Assembly (NCBI GenBank): GCA_964247055.1
Contig: OZ176051.1
Span: 8,308,001-8,372,000 of the forward strand
DNA length: 64,000 nucleotides
Origin: Paragordius varius
Lineage: Eukaryota; Animalia; Nematomorpha
Direction of reading: 5' to 3'
The translations under genes and the position numbers were made by a program. How positions within the stretch are numbered: position 1 is the stretch's first letter; every line of letters begins with the position of its first letter. The notes under the pieces are model-generated. The model searched no databases, had not been told where the DNA came from, and worked only from the letters and a program-made list of their open reading frames with translations. This document shows, one piece after another, positions 40,001 to 49,800 of the stretch.

Positions 40001-43000
40001 GGGCGAAAAATAGATTTAAAATATTTTTGTGGACTTTGTTTTTTGAAAAAAATGGCATTTTACGGGGGTAGCGGGTAAAAAGAGGGCCTAAATCAAAAAA
40101 GTGACTCGACTATGTTCGGCGCAATCGAAAATAAGTAAACAAAAATTATATTTGAAATTGAATGGTCCAACATTGTTAAGATACAATTTTTTAATTTTGT
40201 ATTTATTATTAGGTAATTTGGTATGACAGTGTAACTATTGAAGGCAATCTTGCATGGCAGAATGAATTAAATGCTAAAAATATGTAATATATTTTTATTT
40301 CTCTTAATGTATTAATTAAATTAATTTTTAAATATTTTACCTAAAAAACATATAGGGAATTCTTTCTGGCTTGCGATGCAATATTTCTCAATTATGTGTG
40401 GACACAAGATCATTTGAAGCGGACTATTGCTAATTTTAACATGGAACCGAGGTTTCTTGTCAGCTGTTTAGTTACAGTTTTTAAATTTTGTTTTTTATCG
40501 TAAAAACTAGAAATTTTCATATAAATTTGGACTAAATTATTTTGATATATTAAGCGGGAAAAGTAAGTAAGTCCGAAATCGATAAAAATTATCGAAAAAC
40601 ATAAAAGTGAAAAAATTAAATTTGGTATGTTGTATAAATATAATCTAAAACAGGGTTGTCCAACCGAGCTACATGCGGGCCTCTGTCACCTTTTGTTCGG
40701 ACCGCCAAAATTTAAATAAATTTAAAATTATATTGGCCGTTAAATATTTATATTATTATTTATTTGATTATATGAGAGTTTTATCAGATTTTAAGTTTCT
40801 TTAGTACATTTGCCGAGATTTTTAAGTTAAATATTGGGCCCTCGAATGGTCTAAAAAGTTGTTAATTTTTGTTGTTTGTTTAGTTATCATTTATTTATGT
40901 TTTTACGATAATTAACTTTTTTATATTTATTGATAAATAATCAAAAGTATTTATATCTTTTGATAAAAAGATAAAAATACTTAGTAACTTTTTTATACTA
41001 CAATAGAACCATGGGAAAATGTATAAGAGACATTTACGTTGGAATAGACATATTTGGTCGAGGTATGTTAGGAGGTGGGGGACTTAATACCCACATTGCA
41101 TTGCAATTGGTTAGAGATTTCGGTTTATCAGCTGCATTGTTTGCAGTAGCCTGGACTCATGAAAAATACTCAGAGAGTAAGTTTACATAGATCAACTAAA
41201 ATTTTAAATTACAAAGGTAAGAAACCTTTTTTTGGGTTTTTCCAAATATATAACCTAGAAATATCCTCAATTGTATCAAGGTTCTATAGAAATTTTTTTT
41301 GAAAAATATCGTTTTTGTTTTAAAATACTGGTCTCTTTTACGTTTAAAGAATTGTCAGAAATTCGTATTTAAATGATTATAATTTTTTAATTGTTTTGTT
41401 TGATATGTCAACTTTCAACATGCGCATTTTTAAGCCTTAAAATAATAATAGCCCATTTATTGTAAGAATTTTTAATTTATAATTAAAAGATGTTGCAAAA
41501 TATTATTCTTGAACATTTTATCTACAACATGCGCATGTAATTTATGATAACCAAGTTTGATATTTGTTTTCATTTTCTAGGGGTTTTTAACATGCACTTA
41601 AAATATAAACTAAACCCAAGCAGATGTCCATTTAATCTCTATATATATATAAAGAAATAAATCATAAATCTAGAGTTATTTTAAAAAATTATGAATATCA
41701 ACGATAACCCATTATTTCTTCTTTGCTCGGCAGCTAGTATACTTGAAGGTTTATATTAAAAAATAAAAATTCAGAACGAAATCCAATATTAAAGGACAAC
41801 ATAGCTCCCTTAGTTTATACTTTTGAATCGGATACAAGTGAAGAGTCTTAAAGTATTTGAAAATAACAATTAGTAGTATCTGATTTGGATGTTCCATTGA
41901 ATGAAAATGAATTATCTCGTGAAAAAATAAAACATAAAAGTATTAATATTTTTTAATTTTAGAACATAATTTTTGGAATAAGGAAAAAATAGATAGAGCT
42001 AAAAAATTATTTTTTGATCCCAAAAATTTGGAAAAACCCTCAAATTATTTTTTGGATTATTTTGATATGTCCTTAACATCTATAATTTTATGAAGAAAAA
42101 TAATTCTTGGAAATTCTACTGATAGAAATAAGTCTGGTCGGCGTAACAAATTCAGAAATCCAGAAATAATAGATGCATTAAAACATGATTGTGAATTAAC
42201 AATCGATGAATTAATGGAACAAATACCAGACCATATTAAAGTATGCAGAACAACTATTTACAAAATTCTCTCGGATTCAGAAATTACTCGAAAGAGGTGT
42301 ATTTTACAACCTCGGGAACGAAACACCCCAGAGAATATAGAAAAGCGTTATAATTATGCCAGATTGGTGAAAGATATTCCACAAAAAAAAGTTTTTTTAT
42401 TGATGAGTCAGGCTTCAGTTTGAAACTTACAAATATATGGGGTAGAGCTCCAAAGGGAAAATCTCCTATTGTAAAGGGATTTAACAAAGGTAAGCTTTAA
42501 ATTTATGTTAGGAAAAAATGTTTCATTGATATGTATGATTGGTTGTCAGGGAGTTATTAATTACAGAACAAAAGAAGGCGCCTTTAGAGGCGATGGTTTT
42601 CGAATTTTTTTTGACGGAATGTTTAACAATAATCCCTGAAAGTTCAATAATAGTTTGCGATAATGCACCTATTCACAAAGCCGCGGTGGTAGGTGAGCTA
42701 AGGAATAAAATTGTTTATTTACCTCTATATTCGCCACAACTGAATCCCATTGAATGTTTTTTTCATGAGATTAAACATCAATATGATAAAAAACCCCGGT
42801 GTAGTACCCCTCTAGAGCAGCATAACAAAATTGCAAGACTTTGCTAAGAGGGAAAAAAATCCAAAAAATTATTATAATTTTTCTTCACATATTTTGTTGG
42901 AATGTATACAAAGAAAACCCCTAGAAAATGAAAACAATTATAAATTTATTTAAATATTATAATTATTAATAAATATTTTTATCTTTTAAATTATAGCATC

Positions 43001-45062
43001 AAGAATAATATTTTGCAATATCTTTTAATTATAAATTAAAAATTCTTACAATAAATAGGCTATTATTATTTTAAGGCTTAAAAATGCGCATGTTGAAAGT
43101 TGACATATCAAACATCAAAATAATTAAAAAAAATTATAATCATTTAAATACGAATTTCTGACAATTCTATATAGACATGACTGTATATACTTTTTTAAAC
43201 ATTTTTGTATTTACAAAATAAAATTTTTTTTATCCTTGTTGATTTATAAAACAACCCTCTATATAACAATAATAATTTATTAATATTTAATATTTGTTAT
43301 ATTTTTAAACAATTAATCATCACATATATGTCGGATAGTATATGTTTTAATATGCCATCTATTTAGTTGCAGAAAAACAAGCGGTATCCCAATTATTTTG
43401 GTCCTCTCTCCGTCCATATTTGTATCCAGAGCGTAAGGGGTATGATGTCCCCATATATTTTTGGATTTTGCCAAATAACTTGGCTATTAACACTACCACC
43501 TCAAACGATCTCAAACCAATAATATGTGGAAATGAAAATATATGCAAAGGTATGCACCAAAATTTATGTTGCTATGATCCCAAGTATATGGCTAACCTTC
43601 ATTGTCAAACCATGGTTCCACAATTAATAACGCATACTAATAATAGCTTTTTGGGACAATGTGCAATTATAATGCGTGATGGGTTAGGCCTAGCTTACGA
43701 TATAAATCCTTTGCCCAATGAACAAAATCTTAACCATATTGGATACAGTCTAACAACAATACGTAAAGAACTCAACAAGAATAATGAGAATAAAATACAT
43801 GTAGACATGTATGAGACTGATATTGATTTTACTAACCAATCGCTCAGTTTTTATCTTGATTACGCCTTGTTAACTCGATTAAATTATGCGACCATGAAAG
43901 AAATTAAAACAACTGAAGCACAAAATTTAACCGCTAAAAATGATACAAACCCATCTGAAAGTTTTGCAATAAATCTTGGTGTGCATATTATGGTTAACAG
44001 TGGAAACGAATATATTACTCATTTTGATTTTGAAATTCCTTTAATATATTCAAGCGAGGAATGGATTAAACCTATAACTTATAGCACATCTCTGCCTCCC
44101 GGGAAAGCTGAATTAACAGCCACAATATATAATTTAAATACTTCGGAAAGTAATTTTATAAACGTTTCAGATCTTTCTAAATGAGTTTTTACAAAAATAT
44201 TTTATTATTTTATAGTGAATAATGGTGTAAATCAATCGATAAAAATCGAACTGCAATCCCCAACAGCTACGGAAAAAAATAGCGAAAAACTCCAAAAATA
44301 TTTTATTAAACGCTTTTATATGTCATTTCAAACAACATTCGATTCAATCAAAGATAGTACAAAGTCATTAGAAAAACCGCAAAAGTGTCAATACACCTGG
44401 TTACTAAAAAAATTTATTTGCCTACCAAATGGCCATGATAATGATAAGGATTTATGCAAAATTAATCAGAATTGCACGAATAAAAAAATTGTAAAAGTAT
44501 TAGATTTTAGCTACAATAAATCATCGAGACAATTGGATTTAACCCTTCAAACGTTTCCAGAATTTAGTATATCAGATAATTCCGAATTTACTGGAAAAGC
44601 TAATGGATATAAACGACACTTTCCTTCCACACTTATATTTTCAAAACAAATTTATACCCAATCAGTCCCTAATGATGTGGAACATAATAGTAATACAGTG
44701 ATTAAACGATATGTTGATAATTTACTGAAAAATATATTTGCCGCGGAAATTAGAACGACTGGTAATTAAATTATCTTTTCAATTTTTTACAAATTGCAAT
44801 ATTATTTAGATATTCCGATATTCGAAAAATCCATTTTTTATAATTATTATCTTTGATAGATCTTAGCACTCATGGGCAAGCGACGGATTTTATTTTTGAA
44901 GGAATTGCTTCTCAGCCAATCTTTACGATTTGTAAAAATTGGCCAAAATCCAGCATGATTCCAGATAAACTAATTATTTACGCCAGACCAATAACCTTAC
45001 AATTCATGATCTCTAACTGCTGTGATTTAAGTGAATGCGATATGTTGGAAATTAAATTATAA
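37087..45062 (+). CDS. ENGASE: Cytosolic endo-beta-N-acetylglucosaminidase (GH85), ~816 aa, 9 exons
   Basis: Exons 37087-37256, 37286-37434, 38550-38812, 40213-40283, 40356-40451, 41007-41176, 43367-44149, 44216-44761, 44860-45062 (2451 nt, phases consistent). GH85 motifs: KTLVCHDYAGGYRDDR|FCQG, YWPYIDGFIYFSHCFITIPPSGWISAAHTNGV, FDGWLLNIEN (catalytic N-x-E), VIWYDSVTIEGNLAWQNELN, CDAIFLNY, IYVGIDIFGRG, SAALFA. No signal peptide is evident. Confidence 0.93.
37257..37285 (+). other. 29-nt GT-AG micro-intron (ENGase intron 1)
   Basis: gttaccaggagtaaattattgtagcttag; removal restores the GH85 motif GGYRDDR-FCQG, retention frameshifts. Confidence 0.85.
37482..37531. mobile_element. 50-bp hAT-type mini-element
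   Basis: CAGGGGTTTCCAAC...GTTGAACACCCTG; 8-bp flanks ATATAATC / ATCTAATC (7/8 match). Confidence 0.65.
38195..38445. mobile_element. MITE family B copy in ENGase intron 2
   Basis: CAGTAAAATTGAAATTATACGGACAAC...TTCCGCATAATTTTAATTTTTATTG. Confidence 0.7.
39290..40171. mobile_element. Non-autonomous Helitron/Helentron-like repeat with internal ~481-bp tandem duplication
   Basis: Starts CTAGCGTTCTCGTGCTGCTACGCAGCCCGA (hairpin GCTGC-TAC-GCAGC). CAGATCACAAA recurs at 39374 and 39855. Homologous to 4793-5215 and to a fragment near 6045-6090. The Helitron label is inferred from end style only. Confidence 0.55.
41347..43169 (+). mobile_element. IS630/Tc1/mariner-superfamily DNA transposon (decayed) in ENGase intron 6
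   Basis: Near-identical inverted repeats 41347-41512 and 42999-43169 (AGAATTGTCAGAAATTCGTATTTAAATG...TATTATTCTTGA), flanked by TA (41345-46, 43170-71). Internal transposase motifs IDESGF, CDNAPIHK, YLPLYSPQLNPIE. Confidence 0.92.
41691..42952 (+). pseudogene. Intron-containing DD30E transposase pseudogene
   Basis: ATG 41691; exons 41691-41748, 41775-41852, 41874-41939, 41963-42489, 42512-42952 separated by 26/21/23/22-nt GT-AG introns. Disabled by in-frame TAA (41849-51), TGA (42091-93) and frameshifts near 42395, 42600 and 42818. HTH-like segment LTIDELMEQIPDHIKVCRTTIYKIL. Confidence 0.8.
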
Positions 45063-46804
45063 TATAACTCTAGAGTTAAGGATAATTATTATTGTGGGTC
45101 AAAACTTTTTTTCTTTGCACAGTGTGAGATGTTTAATTAAACCAAATTTACTTGATAGATATTTTGATAAAATTTAAATATTAAAATGAAAGATTTTCGA
45201 TTTTTAGGCGTGACCTTTTAAATAACTTGCGTCTGACCGGGAGAATAATTTGAAAAAGTATAGATGAATATATAAATGATTATAAAATAGAATATGGAAT
45301 TGGAAGACGCCTTCCCATTACCTGCTAAATCGCATTAAATATACGATTTTTGGCGATTTAAAAATGGTTTGATATTGACGGATTTAAACAAATAAGTATT
45401 TATTGAATCGGAATGGGCTTTAACGTTTTACAAGTGAGATGCACTTTTGAATACGATTTTTGGGCATAAGGGCTAACAAAGTGGTTTATCATTTAAAAAA
45501 TAACATTATTGGAGGCCTTGGGGGTTTTTCCAAAATTGTTATTAGCCAACATTATATATATTTGATATTTTCAAAGTTACACGCAGTTTTGCTTAAATTG
45601 GAACTTTTGACAATGATTTAAGTCTGGATTAAAGGCAGATTTAAGGTTTTGTTACAAAAAATTTATAATTAAATTTTAATATCCCTTCAGTCGGCCTAAT
45701 CAAATCTAAACTGGCGTTTGAAATTCATTTATCCTTACCGGTTAATTTAATCTATAAAAATACATTATTCCATCGTATGAACAAGAAACTGCAATGAAAA
45801 TTGGAAATAACCGCTAATTTATTATGGTTTTATGGGATATATATCTAATACATAATTTATTTATGAGAACATTACAATGCATGATATTAAAAAATTCTAA
45901 TATATTTAACATCAAGGACAATGTTTAATTTTATTCATAGAAATACTATAGTTTAATTAAATAAATATTTATTGTATATTGCATTTTTATGGTTAATTTA
46001 ATTAGCTATAGTAAATACGTTCAGCTTTTTGTGATAATATATAAGACTCCATTTTTAATCATCAAATTTTTTGCTTGTTAATTGTTTGTGTGTGATAAAA
46101 AAATAGTTTTAACAATTTTTCAATTAAAAATTATCTTTTGTTTTCTCTGTTCAGCCAAGATTATATTAGAAATTAAAAATTTTATGGTTTTTTTAGTTCA
46201 CGCTTGCAGTAAGAGTTTCATGTTTAATTGCTATAAAACTCTATATATATATATATATATATATATAGGTTTATTAACCCTACTATATATCACATAAATA
46301 TTTTGTGTTAAATTCAATTAATTTTTGTTTTGTGGTTTTATAAAATGAATTGTGTAAGTTATTATATTTGAGTAACCAATATTTGTCCTTCTTCCGTCAC
46401 TTTATTTTTTATCAAGATTGTGTTGAGTTGGCAAAAATTAATTTAATATAAACTTAGTAGTAAGTAACATTGTAGAACAAACAGATAGATTTGAAATTCA
46501 ATTTCGGATTTCATTTTTTGTTTTGCTTCGATGCAATTTTATATTAACCAATTTGTATTCAACGAGTGTATAGTTTTTTGTGTACAATATTCATATATGA
46601 AAATTTTCGCTTAGGTTGACATATCTTGTTGTTAATTCAATTACCACACACTAATTGAATCAAAACACAGACCCAGATTTAACAATAACCCTGTTCAAGT
46701 TAAAAAATTTCGTTTTCCAAATATGAAAACAATGCAATTTGCGCTGCATGAAGGCGTATCAATTAGGACTTTGCAAGAAGTATTCTTTTTAGAATTTTTA
46801 GCAA

Positions 46805-49800
46805 TCAGAAAGAATCTGTATTAGGTTGATTTTGCATGAGGAGTATGGCTTGTTGATAATATGTTGTTTTGTCTTTAACTCGCCTAATGATACATATATA
46901 AAATTAAAATGACATTTAAATGCGATGATATATATACTAAGCCAAATAAAATGGATACCAAAAAAGATAATATTTATAAACGTTCAAAAATAAATTAAAA
47001 ACCATAATGCATCTGTTTAACTTTAAAACCAATTATAACATGTTTTGCGTTTTTTCAAAAAAAAGATAATTATCATTAATAACCCTGTGAGATCTTCAAT
47101 ATCTACAAGGATAGAGTCTTGTTCCATATGCAGTTCGTCTCGCGTAATCAATAAGTCCACGAGTTCCGTATTTAATACTAAAAACAAAAATTTGAAACTT
47201 TTGTATATGTGTATAATTATATAGTAAAAATTTATCATTGTTAATAAAATTTGGGTATTTAGTTATTTATAAATTTTTTAAGACCGAGTATTTTATTGTG
47301 TATGGACTCATGATTAAAAACTTTGGGGTAAATGCCATATAAGCGAAAATAATGCAAAAACCTACGGATGAATATCTAATAATCAGGCGGAATTAGGCTA
47401 AAACTTTAAAATTATTTTCAGTTGGACGTTTCTAAGACATATATAATAAATTTATATTTTATGTCGGTTGCTAAAAGCTACTAAATTAACTATATTGTGC
47501 TAAAATTGTATGTAATTAAACTTTTTAATTTTAAAGCCTCGATGTATAACCGCAGTGGTATTTAAAAATATTGTAAAAGATAATCGTTTGGTAACAACAT
47601 CCTTGATGTAAAAAAAAATATAACAATCCAACACAAATAAGCTGAATTAATGAGAATTGGGTTTATCAAACATATAAAAATAATTTAACCCTATTTATAA
47701 AAATGAAGCTCTAATATTAAAAATTTACAAAAAGTTAGCGTTTTATTTCTTAGTCATTATACTTATAATCAGTTGATATTTTACATTTTGACCCCAAATT
47801 TAGCATAAGTACATATAATTTTTTTAGAGTTAATTAAAAATTTTATTTTCTCTTATATCATAAAACGAATATAGGGTAAGCAGATAATTATTATAAAAAA
47901 ACCTTCAATGTGTTCCAAGAAAGCATTAGTAAGCGTTTGTAATTGACAATGCGTCATTGCCGCAAGAATATGGTTGGGGAAGTTCGGAAGTCTTAATGTG
48001 TGAGCTCTTATCATCAAATCATCCGTTATTATTGAAAGTTTTTCCAAGCGTGTTTGCAAAGGCAAATCAATGTTGCTATTGTAATTTATTTTTTTATAGT
48101 TAGATGATGCACCATTTAAAGATGGATAATCTACTGATGTCTCTTTGTTGGTGGTCACCGTGATTGAATTCGTAAGATTATGTTGATTTTGAATATTTTT
48201 TCTAGTACAAATATTATTGTTTTTTTCATCGTTTAATTTATGATTGGTGGTTCTTTCACATGTTACATTGCAGGTATTATTGATAATATGACCATTAGTT
48301 GTGATAGAGGAGTTGTGTAGTTTTTTATCGATTTTTACGCCATAGATTTGTGATAACTGTTATACATACAATGTGTGTTTTGTGGTTTTTCAATTTGGTT
48401 TAAGTGTGTGTGTGAAGGTATCATCATAATAATAGAAAAAAATATATTTTAGATCAATATATATTTTATTATATAAAAGAAATTATCATATATATTATCA
48501 TTTAAAATTATATGAGGTTCACCTGTAGTTAAAAGGTATTTTAAAGTTTGTAAAAAGTTGGTCTCTCGTGCGAAAAAACCAGTTTAAAAAAATTAAAAAA
48601 CTTTCTTCAATCTGTCACAAAAATGGGAGGAAAAAATCAAAAATTTAAATATACAACTCATAATTTTCCATTTCATTAAATATTTTATGAATATTTTTTA
48701 ATGCTTTAATACAAATCCTGCATAATGTCCTTCGATAGAAATAGTTTGTTGAAAACATAAATTTGCAAAAAATTTGCTTATATCACGTGATAAAAATAAA
48801 CTACCATATTAAGATTAATTAAAATCACACTTGAACGAAAGTTGGGGCAACTTAATGGTACAGTTATGTTATATTTTAATAATAAATATAAACTTTTATG
48901 AAACTTAATTAAGCTCCCCATTATATGTGCTGAGGTAGTTATCAAATAATATGAGTTTTGTAAAAATATTTTATAATTAAATTACTCACTTTGAGCACAA
49001 TTTCATAAAATTTATGAGAAGTTTGTTGAGCCATTGTAAAGTTTGTAGTGGTATTAACATCAAAATTTGTGGATTCGTTTTCGACACGGGGACTTAAACC
49101 TGTCAACAAGGAATGCTTCGTTTGATTATTATTATTATGGCTATTATCAATTTTATTGCTGCTATTATTAAATTGATTTGTAGACAATGACATTAGTGTG
49201 TTATTGCATAATAATTTTTTGTTAAATGGGTCATTTTTTGACGTTTTTTGGATAGAATGACTAGATGAATTTGAGGAACTTAGGTCTGACCAGCAAGAAG
49301 GAGTTTGATTGTGGTGGCCATTTACATAACAATTATTTTGATTGTTTGGCATACATGCAGTAAATTTCAAATCGTGTCTTTCATGGCTACTTCCAAAGGA
49401 AAAGAGTGATACTCTCCGTTTACCATTATTATTATTATTCAATTTATTATCGGAACAACTGTTATTTAATAAGGATGTATCATTAGACTGGGGTGACCGA
49501 AACACATTACGGATCTTTTGGGCAGTCCGTTCCGCAAACGATGAACATTGCTGATGCGATTTTGAAGGGGTCGTCAAAGGATCATTTGCCATAGTATTAT
49601 TGCTTGAAAGTGACATACTTTCAAAATCATTGATATAATTGTTATTTACGAACTCATACGATATGGAACTTTTATCATCAATATAATTCGTCTCTCCGTA
49701 ATTTTCATTATGATTGCTAATAATACTATTACCAGTTAAGGCTTGGTTAAGCAAATGCAATTTGTTATAGTTAGAATAATCGCTAAAATGATTATGCAGT

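Noticed and set aside
43420-44769. Two independent genes (254-aa and 184-aa ORFs)
   Set aside because: They join to each other and to ENGase exons through phase-compatible GT-AG introns (44150-44215, 44762-44859).
44762-44809. 48-nt intron using the AG at 44808-44809
   Set aside because: It leads to a premature TAG after a hydrophobic run; the AG at 44858-44859 preserves the long terminal frame.
37087-45062. ENGase as a frameshifted, transposon-disrupted pseudogene
   Set aside because: The frameshift is resolved by a GT-AG 29-nt intron, the transposon is intronic, catalytic NIE is intact and no other lesion was found.
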